Made by a program: the position numbers and the translations under genes. A DNA stretch of 64,000 nucleotides from Azolla caroliniana. Taxonomy: Eukaryota; Plantae; Polypodiophyta. The DNA lies in assembly GCA_043228905.1 (NCBI GenBank), contig JBHGNT010000003.1, positions 21,576,001 through 21,640,000 of the forward strand, written 5' to 3'. Below the pieces are notes generated by a model. It was not told the origin of the DNA. It saw only the letters and a program-made list of their open reading frames with translations, and did no database searches. Below are positions 25,308 to 39,395 of this stretch, piece by piece; the first letter of the stretch is position 1, and each line of letters opens with the position of its first letter.

Positions 25308-28300
25308 TTATTCCTCGTTTACCGGTTCATCCTCCGCCTCGGGCTGCCCGTCGTCGTTGTCCATGCTTCCTAGCCCCGGCTCACCGTCGTGCCGTTTCAT
25401 GAACGCTTTGATCCTCTTCCCCGCTACCGGTATTGCCATTCTCGTACCGTCGAGCTCCGTGAGATGGTACGTCCCATTGTCGTTGGCGCCTGTTACTACG
25501 TAAGGCCCGAACCACCTCCTCGCAAACTTCCGCGTGGCCCTGTGTTGATTGTCGAGGCTGCTGTTGTAGACTAGCACCCAGTCGCCTTCCTTGATCTTCC
25601 TTGGCCTGGACCGGTGTGTTCGGTCGAACCGGGCTTTGTTCCTTACCCTCGCTACTCGAAGTTTCTCCGCTGCTCGCTCTACGTCCTCTGGCCTCCGCTC
25701 GAGCTGTCGAATCCGCGCCGCCAACAGTTCCTCCTGGCTCATCTCATCCCTCCAGTCCACCGTGGCCCACGAGGAGATCGTTCGCTCTGTTGGCATGATC
25801 GGCTTCTGTCCAAACATCAGCTCGGCCGGCATCAACCCGGTTACCGAACCGTGCGTAGTTTGGTCCGCCCACAAGGCATAAGGTAGCAGCCGTGGCCAGT
25901 CCCCGACTCAGCCTCCGCACGCCCGTACTAGCGCTTTGACAATTGGCCCATGTCCGCACTCCACCTTCCTGTTCGCCTCCGGATTGTACGTTGTGGTGAG
26001 CGAAAGTTTGACTCCTAGCCGGTCGAACAGCTCTTCGGCCTCTTCTGCATCCAACTCACCACGGTCAGCCACGATCTTCCCTACGCACCTGTATCGGCAT
26101 ACTACGTCCTCAATCAAAAACCGGCACACGGTTGCCGTCGTCTTGTTCTGCAGGGCTCGGCCTTCAACCTGGTTCGTTAGATCTTCCCGAGCTAGCACCA
26201 GATACCGCATCTGTCCTACCCCCATTGGCATCGTCACCAAATCCACCATCCACTTGAAGTGGACGGTCGGAGGGTAGGTCGGGTGAAGCTCGTCCCGATG
26301 TCGGATCATGGAGTGCACCTGACAGCTTTCTCAAGTCGTCACGAACCGATGCACGTCCCGGTATAGTCCCGGCCACCAGTACTTCCCCTTTAGCTTTTCG
26401 AACGTGGCCCACGTTCCACGGTGTCCAGCCCACGGGCTATCGTGGTACGCCGCCAACAAATCCTCTTGTTCCTCCTTCTTCGCCACCACTCGGAGCGGGA
26501 TGCCGTTCCTCTTCTTTGGGTGCTTCCATATGTATCCGTCCCGAAGAAAGAATCGGTAGGCTTTCTTCCGAATCCGGTTGGCCTCGTCTGTTGTCCATGC
26601 CGCGTCTATTGTCATTGTTTTCAGGAACCCGCCGATCTGCAGCCACTCCCCGTCGTACTTTCTCTCGTCGAAATCGTTAAGCGTTGGAGAGTATTCCCTG
26701 CCGGTTGTTACGTGAGCTGCCTCGAAGAAGTCCACGCCGACTTCCTCGTCCTCTGAAACCATGCCGCCGTCGTTTTCGAACCTCGCCCTTGAAAGCATGT
26801 CGGCCATGGCGTTGTCTTTCCCGGAAATGTGTCGTATTTCTGGATTCAGGGACTTGATGTACGCTATCCACCTGAGCATTGCCAGGTCCGACGTCACGCA
26901 TCCGGAAACCATGCCAAGGATCGGTAGGCAGTCCGTCTCGATAATTACCTCTGTCCCGATCAGGTAGTCTTTATCGGCCTTTACCGCCGAAACGATACCC
27001 CAGAGCTCGCGTTTAACCTGGGCGTATCCTCGCTGTCGCTCGTAGAGGACCTTCGCGCCGAACCGGATCGGGGAACGCATGCCGTCTTCGTCCTCTTGGT
27101 TGACGACCCATCCGATCCCGGTCGGACTCGTGTCTACCGTTACGTAAATTGGAGTGCTCTTTCCATAGAGAGCCTTCCGGAGCGCCGGAGCCGCAACAAG
27201 TGCTTCCTTCATCTTCTGGACAGACTCAGTATGCTCGCCTCTCCACTCGAAATTTCGCCCCTTTTTCAGCAACCCGTACAACGGCTCCGCGACGTGAGCG
27301 TAATGCGGGATCCATATGTGGTAGAACGCGCATGCTCCCAAGAACCTCCGAACCTCCGTGACCGAGCTATAGTCGTTCTTCATCGAAGAGATGGCTTCTA
27401 CCTTAGCCAGAGAAGGTTTCCGGCCGTACGGCCCGCATAGGTGTCCGACGACCATGATCTCTTATTGCCCGAAGGCCGACTTTCCCTCGGAGAAGGTGAG
27501 CCTCGCGCTCCCCAACCTCTGCAGCACCTTCTCGCAGTCATCAATGTGCGTCGCCACGAATTTGCGGCATCCGTCCGGTCCGATCGTCTTGTCCCTTTCC
27601 TCCACCACGCATCCCTTGATCGGGATGTCGTCCAAAAACGGCATGGTGATGTCCGGGATACAATCCCTCAACACTTTGTTCATTGCGTTCACCATGTCAG
27701 CCACCGAGTTCGTCCCTCCTTGCGGCAGGGTACACATCCGTACTAGGCCGAGAGGAGTTCACATTGTTGTGATGTCTCTGCTCTCTACGGCAAGATGGAA
27801 CTGATCGTACCCCGAGTAGAGATCACCGACCGAGTAAATCGACCTTCCGGCGAAGGCCTCCGCGAACTCGTCTATTGTCGGTCCGATTCCCGCGTTTCGA
27901 ATGGTCACCTTGTTGACCGGTTGCAGGTCTTGAATAAAGCGCAACGTGCCGTCCCTCTTCGGCACGGTAAACCACCGATTCGAGTATGGGGCACTCGACG
28001 GTTCGAGGATTCCCATCTCGACCTTCTGCTTTAACAGCTCCATCAGCTTCGGGATGTGAGCTCTGGGTACTGGAATCGGTTTGAGACTCCACGGCACATG
28101 CGGTACCGTGAATATCACCATCGATTCGACGACTGTCGGGTCTACGCACCCGATCTCCTGCGGTGAGAATGCGAAAGCCTTCCCGTGCCTTCCGAGCATT
28201 CCCCGAAAACGGTCCTCTTCCGCCAGCAGTAGGAAGCCGCCCCCACCGATTTTGAGCTCGCGCAGCGTTATGTCGGTGAACGTGTGTCCTATGTGGGCCA

Positions 28301-28776
28301 GATTTCGTAAACTCGGGTCCGACGCAACCCCCTTTATTCGCAACTCGCTGCCCTCCGGCAAGGGAGCCGCGACTGGCCTCACCTTCCGGTCCATAGTCTT
28401 GTACCTCGTGTCCACCCGGGCCATCCGACCCGACTCGAGCCCTCTACTGAAGTCCACGAGCCCTCTACATCTTTTCCGAACATACCGGAATCGTCCGATC
28501 CTCTTTAAGGTCTCCTCCGACTACCTCCCGCAGCTCCCCCAAGGTATCGACGAAAGAGACCGCCTCCACGGCTCCGTTGATTTCTTCTCCGAGGTCGAGG
28601 ACGCCACATGCCCGAAGTCGCTCCTCCGCCCTTCTCTTCTTCCGGCCAACAACTTCGACTATCGTACACCCTCCGTTGTCGGAGAACCAAAATTCCCTAC
28701 TTATAGCACGGGTCTTCTTCGCTATCATACACTTGTGGGGTTTTCCCGAAGTGTCCGAACTATCGCAGCCCCACGT
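25308..28776 (-). pseudogene. G2 pol (RT-RH-INT), no chromodomain
   Basis: DLYSGYDQF, PFLDDIPIKG, DTSPTGIG, ETDCLP, YHDSPWAGHRG, VADRGE, YNPEAN and WFGPY. Stops and frameshifts. Confidence 0.92.
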
Positions 28777-29496
28777 TGTCGTGAAGATTTTCGTCCATGA
28801 GCGGAAACCCGAGCAACGAGAGCCAAAGAGCGATGTGCAACGTTGCACACGTACATAATGTATTTGTAATAATAATAGGGGAAAAGGGTATGGTGCTAGA
28901 AATGCCCCATAAGATCCCTAAGGTATAAAGGCGATGTGGTCTTGTGTGCATATCCACGCGAGAGAGAGAGAGAGGTACTATGCGGTACATAGGTACCTAG
29001 TTGTTTGTGAGGAGGTGGGAGTTAAGGGGCCATCAATCTCACCCTCCCCAAATCAAGGCAAATATCCCCTTTGAATGAAAGGGGATATTTTAGTCTCGTT
29101 CTTGTAAACGGTCTTCCCTCCTTGTGCTATAAAAGGAGAGGGAAGGCACCATTGTGAGGGTTGCCTATTTTGAGTGTGCGAGGTATACCACATAGGTCGA
29201 GCGTTAGGGTTAGGGTTAGGGTTTCTTTATCGTGATCTTCATCGTGGTCGGTTAGGGTTTCGAGTAGTCGTTTGGTGCGGCCGATGCGGCCACCATTTTG
29301 TAATCGTTCATTTCGTTTTAATACATCTTGTTGTTCATCTTGTCTCCATCTCCCTCTTGTTCGATCTAGTCTCTTGTTCATTCTTCTTCTTCTTGAGCAA
29401 AGCTTCCATTCCGTGTCCGATTCCTTCTCCTCTACTCCTTAGTCCAAGACCCCCGTGGTCCCGCCCTTCTCCACGCACGCGCGTAGCAACGTGACA
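28777..29496 (+). mobile_element. Solo LTR-C copy 1 (720 bp)
   Basis: TGTCGTGAAGATTTTCG...AACGTGACA. TSD ACGT (28773) / ACGC (29497). Contains (TTAGGG)3 at 29204-29221. Confidence 0.92.
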
Positions 29497-29511
29497 ACGC
29501 CTTGATAGCCC

Positions 29512-30647
29512 TCATAAAAAATCCTCCCAGCTTTCGCCCCCGAGGGTCTCGCAGTTCCTCTCATGGTTCGGTCTCACCGTTAGGAACTGGGCCGAGTGAC
29601 GTCCATCCTGGCTCTTGACCCTTGCATAGGCCGAGCCGTTGTCCAGCACCTTGGTCTCCATTCGTGCTGCCGTGATGTACGGTTCTCCTAGTATAACCGG
29701 ATGTGAGGACGTCTCCTGCACGAAGAAGTGTTGGTCAATCTCGACATCGCCAATCTTTACTCGTACGTTCGGGTAGGCTCCATGCAGTTCTTCGGTGGCG
29801 CGCGTCGCCGCCCGTATTTTCCACCCGTGCTTGGTATTGATCGGCCATTTTCCCTTCTTATAGAAGTCCATGGACATCAAATTGATTTCTGAACCATGGT
29901 CCACCAACGCCACCACCGGTTCATGAACATCTCCGATCTTCACGGGGGTCTCCGTGGTCGCTCTGGCCCAATGCAGCCTCGAATAGTGGCTCTCCGCCAA
30001 CTCGTCTTCCAACGCCATGTCCTCTATGTGCGTTGTCCGCACCTCCACCGGCTTCTCCGGTTCTGTCTCCGTCGACAGCCTCTTCCTCTTCACCAAGTCT
30101 ACGATGGAGTCATGGAACTCCTTCTTGGCGATCCCGAGCACTTCCCTCAGCGATAGCTCCACCTTGCTGTCGAGGATTCGTTCTTCCAGGACTTTTCGTA
30201 GGTCTGTGGATCTTTCGATTTCTGTGCCTAGCCGGTACCCGCCCTTCTTGGGATTATCCTGGGCGCCGGTTACAACGGCCTCATTCTGTCTTTGCCCGAA
30301 TCGAGTTTCATATCACTGCGAGGGCCCGACCCCTCTGGTTTTCCCTACCGGCTTGTCCTCCACCAGAGCCTCGTAGTTTTGACAAGCGGCTTTGACGAAG
30401 CCCGTCTTTTCTTCCACCGGGTCACTCCACCGGGTTACCTCTCGGACCCGTTTTTCCGCGCGGTCCACCTCTTCTTTCCTCAGCCGTGCGCCGGCGAGCC
30501 CTTCCAGCATCGTCGGCCAGAACCCGGCTTTGTTCGTCTTTGGGGCCTCGCCACCCCCGACCCGAATACCAGCTGACGCCGAGTAGTGGACGGTCTCTGT
30601 GTGACGAGCCGCCGCCTCCTCCATCAGCCTTTTCATACCCCCTCGCC
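29512..30647 (-). pseudogene. G2 Gag C-terminal region plus aspartic protease
   Basis: GGMKRLMEEAAARH..LVDHGSEINLM..VILGEPY..WEDF. Confidence 0.88.
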
Positions 30648-30649
30648 TG

Positions 30650-33600
30650 CCTCGACCTGTTCGACTCGGCGCGCTTCAACCCTTCTGGTCAGCTTCTCTG
30701 CTCATGTGGCCCTCATCAGCTCTTCTGTTGTTGCGGTATTGACGCTTCTTCTGTTGCCTTTTCTTCCGCTTGGGCCTCGATTGATTCAACGTGTCTGAAT
30801 CAAACATCCGAACCGACTTGGCTACCTCCGATCGGTTTTTGCTCTCGTCCGAGTTGGCTGTCTCGAACTCGTCTTCGGTCTTCTCGCCCTCGATCTTCTC
30901 GCCCTCGATGGCGTCATCTTCCCCATGCGTGGTTGGCTTCGGCTCTCTCCTTCGGTTGCTCCCCTTCTGTCCTCTTTCGAACTTTTCCGCGGGTCCGCCC
31001 TCGGCTTCTTCAACCGATCCGTCTTCAACCGAGTCAACCGACTCGGTGTCATGGTCACCGCTCCTTTCCTGCTGCCTTGCTTGGTTGTTAGGGACTGTTC
31101 TCCCCCTCAAGTTCGGCACGTCAAGGTGACGCAACCCTGAGAATTGCCGCAACTTGTCCAGACCAAGAGGCTTGGTGAAGATGTTGGCAGTCTGCCGATC
31201 CGTCGGAACGTACTGAAGTTCGACTTCACCGGAAAGGACACGCTCACGGACGAAATGGTAGTGCACCTCAATGTGCTTGGTCCGTGCGTGGTCGTCGGAT
31301 CTAACACCTCCTCTTGCAGGTCCTTAAGTAGCCGCTTCAACCATATGGCTTCGCATGTCGCGACAGCCACTCCTCAGTACTCAGATTCGGTGCTCGACAG
31401 TGCAACTGTCGGCTGCTTCTTAGTGCTCCACGCGATCGCGGCACTCCAGAGGGAGAACGCGTATCCAGACGTGGATCGGCGATCGGCGGCGTTGCCATCC
31501 CAATCAGCATCGGTGTACCGGTCCGATATAGCAGTCCCCGGTCCTTAGTGCTGTTGACATACCGAAGTATGCGTTGCGCACACTGAAGGTGCTCCTCGGT
31601 AGGTCGCGCCATGAACTGACTGATCACCCCGACCGGGTAACTGAGGTCGGGTCGGGTGATGGTCAAGTATATGAGGCTTCCGACAATTTGTCGGAACCTC
31701 GTCGGGTCGCATACCTTTCCCGTATCGGGACGAAGCTTCACGGTTCTACCCAGAGGAGTCGAGACGGACTTACAGTCGGCCATCCCGAATTTGAAGAGCA
31801 TACTCAGCACATAGTGACGTTGGCTGATCAATATGCCTTCGGGGGTACGGATCACTTCGATCCCGAGGAAGTAATGAAGGTCCCCCAGATCCTTCATGTC
31901 GAACGATGCCGCAAGCTGGAGCTTCACGCGGTCGATTTCACCTAGGTCGGCGCCGGTGATGACCAAGTCATCAACATACAGTAAAATACTAACCGGTCCG
32001 AGTCGACCTTTTCGGATGAACAGGGAAGAGTCCGATTTTGACGTGACGAAGCCCATCCGACGCAGTTGTTGCGTGATCTTCGCGTTCCAGGCACGCGGGG
32101 CTTGCCTCAGTCCGTAAAGGGACTTCTTCAGTCGGCATACTGCCAAGGAGTTCGTTCCGGAGTGAAATCCGGGGGGCTGTACCATGTACACTTGTTCCTC
32201 AAGGTCACCCTGCAGGAACGCATTCTTTACATCCATCTGATGTAAGTGTCACCCCTTGGCCATGGCTACTACGAGCAAAACATAGACGGTCGTCATTTTC
32301 GCGACCGACTCAAACGTCTCATCGTAGTCGATGCCATGTTTCTGCGCGTAGCCCTTTGCCACTAGCCGAGCCTTGTACCGGTTGACCGAGCCATCGGTGT
32401 TGTACTTGACTTTGTACACCCATCTACACCCGATCGGCTTCACACCCTTCGGTGCGTCAACCAGGTCCCAGGTCTCGTTCTCCGCCAATGTGTGCATCTC
32501 TTCCTCCATCGCGGCACGCCAATTTGCGTCTTTCGCCGCGTCTGCGTAGCTTTCCGGCGCACGCACTTCCGCTACACGGGTCATGTACGCATAATGATGC
32601 GCCATGTACTCGTTGTATCCGAACCGCACAACTGGGTTCTTCTCGCGGGTAGATCGGCGTAATCTCACATTAGCCGATGTCGAGGCCTTCTCAGTCGACG
32701 CGGTCTTCACCTTTAAAGACCCGTCACCGGTTCCCTCGGAGTCGGACTCGCGTCGGTCTGACTCGTTCCTTTCCGTGCCGGAATCCGACACCTTCTTCTT
32801 CCCTTTCTCTTTGCGCGTAAGCCGTCTCCTCGACCGAGTCTCCACTACTCGCTAGGTCCTCATCGGACTGGTCGTACCGACTCAGTCGTCCAATCAATCC
32901 ACTTAACCGGAGTGAAATCGGACTCTCTTCGCGGGTCTCGATTTCGGGCTCATCCGGAGGCATCTCGGCCTCGCTGACCTCATCGTGAGAACTCGTATTG
33001 GAGTCAGGGTTCCGAGGCGAGGGCAGGTACCAGGACGCGGACTCGTCAAACACAACGTCGCGGTTGACACGCGCTTGTTTGGTGCGAGGGTTATAGGACA
33101 TATAACCCTTCTACTCGTCCAAGTAATCGACCAAGATGCACTTCTCGCCCTTTGCGTCCAGCTTCCTCCTTTTCTCCTTCGGTACATGCACATACGCAAT
33201 GCTACCGAACACCCTCAAGTGTCGCAAGTTCGGCTTCGTTCCGAAATTAGCTCGTGCGCCGACACTTTGTCTCCAATCCGGTTCTGGATGTATACCGCGG
33301 TCCTTACCGCCTCGGCCCAGTAGAACTTGGGCAAGCTCTTCTCCTCCAGCATCGCCCTTGCCGCTTCCACAATCGACCGATTCTTTCTCTCGGCCACGCC
33401 GTTCTGCTCTGGCGTGTATCTACAACTGAATTCGCGCCGAATTCCCATTTGTTGTAGGTAACCGTTGAATTGACCGGAAAAGTACTCTTTCCCGCCATCC
33501 GACCGCAGGCACCTGATCTTTCGTCCCGTTTCCGTTTCCATGAACCCTTTGAGGTCCTGGAAACAGTCGAAGACTTCGCTCTTCCTCTCAATGAGGTAGA

Positions 33601-35732
33601 TCCACGTGTGCCGCGTGTGGTCGTCGATGAAGGAGACGAAATATCGGCTCCTGCCAAGACTAACATTTTGTGCCGGCCCCCACACATCGGAGTGTATAAG
33701 GTCGGGCTTGTTCCGGCTCCGGTTTCGCTCGTTGGGGAAGGAAAGTCGGTGTTGCTTCCCGAGCTGGCAGGCTTCACAAATTTGTGCCTTTCGGCCACTA
33801 AATTTGGGCAAACACTACCTGTTTCGTTTGCAGATCTTGAAGCCACTGGTAGTTGACGTGGCCTATCCGCTTGTGCCACAAGTCGATGTCCGACTCGGTC
33901 TTTTGTCCTTTCGCGAACATTGCGGTGCCGCCGTCAGTGGAGTCGAGGATGAACATCCTCCCGTCTCTTCGCCCTTGCGCAATCACACGGCCTTCTTCCT
34001 CAATGAAGCACCCGAGGTGTGTAAACCGAACCTCCATCCCTTGGTCGACGATCTGTCCAACCGAGACCAAGTTTTTTGTGATTGTTGGGACGTGCAGCAC
34101 GTTCATGAGTTTCCCTTTCTGCCCGACATGGCTAAGGGGAACTTCTCCGACATTCGCGATCGGATGTAGAGTGTCGTCTCCTGTTGCAACTACTCCAGGT
34201 TGTATCTGTTTTTCAAGGTACAAGAACCACTCCTTATGGCTCATCATGTGGTTTAACGCGCCGGAGTCTACGTACCACACCTCGTCCGATCTCGGGGTGG
34301 TCTGCTTCATTGAGTTTGCTTCGTGTCTCGTCACGAAGGCAGTCCCTGTATCCGGCTCTCCCGGAGTCTTCGGCGTAGTGCGATCGCTGCCGATTTCCCT
34401 TGTGGGTATGTTTGGAGCCGTTTCCGGAACCGGTTCTCTCCAAATCGGCGCGCTTCTTCCAGCACTCGCTTTCCCTGTGGCCTTTCTTTCCGAGATGGCC
34501 TTCCCTTGCCGGTTCTCATCGCTTCGACTCCCCCTGTTTCCGGAGGGTCCGGAGTTGCTGTCGGCATCACATCGGTGCCTTCTTCCTTGATCTCGTCGGC
34601 CGCTTCCATTGCGTACCGACTCGCCTCGTCCGCCACGACCACGGGGCCTTTCTCCGTCCGTGTACAACATCTTGTTGTCGGTGTGCATGCTTGTCGACGC
34701 ACCCGCATGTTTCTCCTCTATCAGGAGCATCGATTGTAAGTCGAAAAAGGATGGCGTATTCTCCCGGGTACACACAGCCGTTCGTAACGCTCCAAACTTC
34801 GACGCCAAACCTCCGAGACAGATCTGGACCATCTCACTCTCCTCGATGTTCACCTCTATTGAGGCACGGGATTCGCAGATATCCTTGATCTTCGAGGTAT
34901 AGTCCGCCACTAACAAGTCGCGTTGTCGTAGGTTGCTCAACTCTTGTCGGAGCTGAAGCTTCCTGGCTGTGGTGCTTGCGGCGAAAATCTTCTTCAGATT
35001 TTCCCACGCACCCTTCGGCGTCTTTGCATCCCGAACATAGCTCAATAGCTGTTCGCCCACACACGATGCGAAGCAGTATAGTACCCTACTCGCTGATTGC
35101 TCCCACAACGAGAAGTCTCTGTGTGTCGATTCGGGTGCCGCGTCATTAGCTCCTTCGACATAACTGAAGTAGCCATGCCCGAGCAGGTACTGGTGCATCT
35201 TGTAGGACCAAGACGCGTAGTTGGTTCTGTCGAGCTTCTCTGTTGGAAGCGAGCTCGCCATGCCTCTATCCATCGTTCTTCTTGTTCTTCTTCGTCAAGC
35301 TGTCTCGGCTGCAGAGAGATTCTTAACCCTCACGCTCTGATACCATGTAGAAAGTAGCGTGCGAAAGCAAGTATGAAGACAGAACAAAGGAAGGAAACAC
35401 AGGTTTAATGGAGAGCTTGAGCTTACACGGTATACGCAGGAGAGACAGAGAGAGAAACACAAAAAACTATATTTCAGAATAATACTCAATCTCTGTACAT
35501 AAGACGTGCTCAGTGAACACTTTTATACAAGCCCTAGAAGGACTGACCAAAGTACTGACAGTACTTCAATGCTCATCAAGAGCCCCTACACTAACTCCCA
35601 AATATATTCCTCACGGAATATCTTTCCTAACGACCTCTCGGTTTACACACTCGGCCTAACCGATCGGTCCCAACTGATCCGGTCCTCGGCTTCTTCAGCC
35701 AATCCGGCCGATGTTGAGCTTGTCTCTCAACA
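30650..35732 (-). mobile_element. Ty1/copia element C3 (C1 family), 3' LTR lost
   Basis: 5' LTR 35346-35732, PBS 35334-35345, gag MDRGMASSLPTEKLDRTNYASW (35273), then PR, INT, RT and RH with small deletions. Confidence 0.93.
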
Positions 35733-36438
35733 CGGAATCGGAGAATATCGGGAGAATCGGCGGTGTGCACCATGTGCACTCACCCTTGTAGAAACGTGTG
35801 AATAATAGGAGCCAGGTCCGGACAGAGAATCCCATGTAAGTCGGGATTTATCCCACATTGTTACGCATCCCACATGTGAGTCGTAAGGGTATACCATTTT
35901 GTGCTTCTTTTCTAGGGTTAGTTACATTCTTTCCTTTCTTCTTCGTTTCTTTTCTGCTCCTTCTCGAGGAGTCGAGCAGTAGCTATGACGGCAAGCTGTT
36001 AGGTTAGTTTCTCTTCTTCTGTGCCTAGCCGGCTCGGACCATGGTTGTATCTCCCCCCCTTTTTGAGGTTTGCTTCTGCTCGGTTCTGTGCAAGACCCCG
36101 CTCAGCGCGACAGCCCGTGAGCTCCCCGACCGGTGGCTTGGCAACCGATTGCGGCTGTAACCCACCATGGTCCGGCTCGAAGCCGGATTTGTATTATTTC
36201 CCCTGTAATATACACATTTTCGTTTGTTTGTGCATATCGGTGTACTTGGTGGTGTCGGAAGCAAAACCCCTTTGCTTCCTGTGCAAAGGAGTCGGTGTCG
36301 CGCACACGCTCTCCCTCTCCTTTCTCTCTCTCTCTCTCCCTCGTTTGGTTGCCTCCGGAACGCGTCCGGAGTCAGTTTCTCGGCACCCCCTTTCTCGCTA
36401 GTCCGAGACCCTCGTGGTCCCGCCCTTCTACACGCACA
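35733..36438 (+). repeat. LTR-A fragment (host of C3)
   Basis: Reverse-complement match to about 14620-15416; both termini are missing. Confidence 0.88.
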
Positions 36439-36439
36439 C

Positions 36440-36790
36440 CATATCATGACATTAGGTTAATTTACGACCCGTGGTCAAATAATGCCACCATTGGTTCCTT
36501 CGCATCCCCGATATGAACAGGGGCAAGCTCATCCTCCATCGCCACTTCGTCGAGCAGCGCCGCCCTTACTTCAATCGGCTTCTCTATTTCCGGTTCCGTC
36601 GCGAGATGCTTCCTTTTTACGAGATCTATGATGTTGTGCCTAGCATTTCTCTCAATGTGAATTCTACGCGACTATGGAGGACTCGCTCCTCCAGGACCTT
36701 TCCTAGGTCCGTTGTTTTCTCAATTTCTGAGCTTAATCGGAAGCTCGAAACCTTGTCCTTCTCCTTCTCCTGAATGGGTCCGCTCTGATG
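36440..36790 (-). pseudogene. Diverged gypsy Gag-PR fragment
   Basis: EIEKTTDLGKVLEERVLHSRVEFTLREMLG and EPMVALFDHGS*INLMS on the minus strand. Confidence 0.75.
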
Positions 36791-36794
36791 AGAA

Positions 36795-37104
36795 TAGCGC
36801 GGAATATTGCTCGGCCACAACCGAGTCTTGAATCACTTGGATGGATATCAAACACAGAAATGGGAAGAAGGGAGTGAGCGCACTTACACACACAAGGAAC
36901 GATAGAGGAGACACATGATGTTTACGTGGAAAAACCCTAATAGGGGAAAACCACAGGAGCCCACAGACTCCAAACTATCATTATATAGGAAAGGTACAAA
37001 TAGAGACTCAGAGGCAACGACCTCGAGCTCTATATCTTTGCCAACCGACAGTTACAACAGAGTATCGCTCTGTCTCTCTCTCTCTCTGTACAACAATATG
37101 ACAA
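36795..37104 (-). repeat. Fragment of a C2-related copia LTR
   Basis: Shares gctcggccacaac, gtggaaaa, cagact..aaactatca, cagaggcaacgacctc and gttacaacagag with the C2 LTRs. Confidence 0.7.
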
Positions 37105-39395
37105 GCACATTAAGGAGGACGAAGTGCTGTCGGACCGTAACCGAACGCTTCTCCTCTGTTTGTTCTCTGTTGCTCTTCTCTGCAGGTTTTCGGGAGGCTC
37201 ACGCTGCTTCAAGGAACGACCGTGTGCTTCCGGCAACACCTCCATCCTATCCCCTTTCGTGCGCAGACGAACAGGCATCGGCATCTGTTCGTCGTCCTGT
37301 TCGGTTGTAACTGCTCGCGGCTCTGTTGTGTATTTGTTATTCGTTAATATACAAACTCTCGTGTCTCTATGTCTCTATGTCCAATCGTGTTTTCTGCGTT
37401 GACGGGCTATGTCCCTGTGTTCTTTGCTCATACGTAACCGGTCGCGTCTCTCTTTTCCTTTCCCCTCCTATCACCTGCTCTTCAGTTCAAGACCCTGGTG
37501 GTCCCGCCTCGTTTCCCCACGCACGCGCGTAGTAACGCGACATCTTTGGTGAACCCGACGTGAAACAGGCGGTAGAGGAGCAGAAGATGAGGGGGTCTGA
37601 TCTTGCAGAGGCCATGGCTTCGGCCGTGGACCGGATAGTGAGCGCGCGCGAGGGCACCGACGCCCTTGACAGGGCTATTGAGGCGATCGTCAGTATGATC
37701 GGCTGGTTCAGTGGAAAGGATGCCACGAGTTATTTGGCGTCCTACCGGGCGGAGATGTTGATGAGGGATATTCCAGAAGAGAGGCGTCTTGCTGGATTCC
37801 CTCGAGTGGCGATGTCGGGCATCCATGCGGAGGTGCTCGAGGTCCGGGCGGAGAGCCGGACCTGGGTGGAGTTCGAAGGACGGCTCCTGGAGAAATACGG
37901 ACTGGATGACGCACTTCGACTTTCGAAGCGGGGCTTCATGGAGTGGGTGGAGTCCCCCAACAAAGGAAGAAATGCGTCGGTACTCCTCCGGAGTTTGAGG
38001 AACGCTTTGCGCGCCTTTCGGCGCTCGATCGGACCGTTCTGGACACAAGTCGTGTCCTACTGTTTGTCAAATCGATTGACGCACGGGATCGGGGGCAAGT
38101 CGGCTCCTTACTGGAAACCGAAGACGGGCTTACGACCGACTGGGCCGCGCTAAAGAGAGTCTGCGGCCGTTTTGACAAACGATGGGAGTGGGCTGACACA
38201 GAGGCGACCGAGGTGGGACCTGTTGCAGCAAGGAAGCTCGAACCAATACCGCAGGCGCGAAGGGAAGAGACCCGGGAGTGGCTCGAAACCGGTTCGTCAT
38301 CGACCGGCGTGATCAGAGGCTCGTCCGGGGGAACAGCTCTGGAGGAGTTGACACGAGCGGTAAAGGATCTCCAGATCGCCCAGGCTCGGAGGGAAGGCGG
38401 CGATCGGGCTCGTGACCGATGGCCTCCGGCTGGAAGTAGGTGCATGTGGTGCGACGAGGTCGGCCACATCCGGAAAGACTGCGGGGACTTTATGGAGGCT
38501 TTGAGAAGCCGGGTAGTGTACCTGTGGGAAGGTCGGGTGCACGCCAGCGATACCGGAGGGCCCTGAACCGAAACGACGGGCGAGGAGGAATGAAAAGGCT
38601 GATGGAAGAGGCGGCAGCCCGGCACGCAGAGACCGTCCACTACTCAACGTTAGCCGGTATTCGGGTCAGAGGCAGCGAGGCCCGGAAGGAGAGCAAGGCC
38701 GGGTTCTGGCCGACGGTGCTGGAAGGCCTCGCCGGTGCCCGACTAAAGAGAGATGAGGCGGACCGCGCGGAGAAGCGGGTCCAGGAGGTGACCGGGTGGA
38801 GTGACCCGGTCGAAGAAAAGACGGGGTTCGTCAAAGCAGCTTGCAAGAACTACGAGGCTCTGGTTGAAGACAAGCGGGTAGGTAAAACCGAAGGGGCCGA
38901 ACCCTCACAGAGATACGAAACCCGATTCGGACCGAAACGGAACGAGGCCGGTGAGTCCAGTCCCCGGGATAACCACAAGAAGGGCGGATACTGTTTGGGC
39001 ACGGAGATCGAAAGGACCACGGACCTATGAAAGGTCCTGGAAGAACGAATCCTCGACAGCAAAGTGGAACTATCGTTGCGAGAGGTGCTCGGGATTGCCA
39101 AGAAGGAGTTCCACGACTCCATCGTGGACTTGGTGAAGAGGAAGAGGCTGTCGACGGAGGCAGAACCGGAAAGGCCGGTGGAGGTGCGGACGGCGCACAT
39201 AGAGGACATGGCGCTGGAAGACGAGTGGGCGGAGAGCCACTATTCGAGGCCACACTGGGCCCGAGCGACCACGAAAACCCCGGTGAAGATCGGAGATGTT
39301 CAGGAACCAATGGTGGCACTGGTGGACCACGGTTCGGAAATAAACCTGATGTCCATGGACTTCTACAAGAAGGGGAAATGGCCGATCAACACCAA
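37105..39395 (+). mobile_element. Ty3/gypsy element G3: partial LTR-D (to 37542), tRNA-Trp PBS 37547-37564, Gag-PR start
   Basis: FSGKDATSYL, CMWCDEVGHIRKDC and LVDHGSEIN. Frameshifts. Cut by C4 after ACCAA. Confidence 0.9.

Larger units (their letters stand above)
24543..30647 (-). mobile_element. Ty3/gypsy element G2, 5'-truncated, 3' LTR-H at 24543-25234
   Basis: LTR followed by PPT GGTTAGGTGGGGGCAGA (25235-25251), then INT, RH, RT, PR and partial Gag in gypsy order. Confidence 0.93.

Noticed and set aside
25308-25440. Chromodomain at the integrase C-terminus
   Set aside because: After the GPY motif only a short acidic tail precedes the stop and PPT.
36440-36455. Apparent LTR end ATCATGACA with non-CpG flank TTAG, a possible counter-example to CpG targeting
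   Set aside because: These bases read INLMS of the adjacent protease fragment on the minus strand, and the terminal U5 hairpin is absent. It is best read as a deletion junction.
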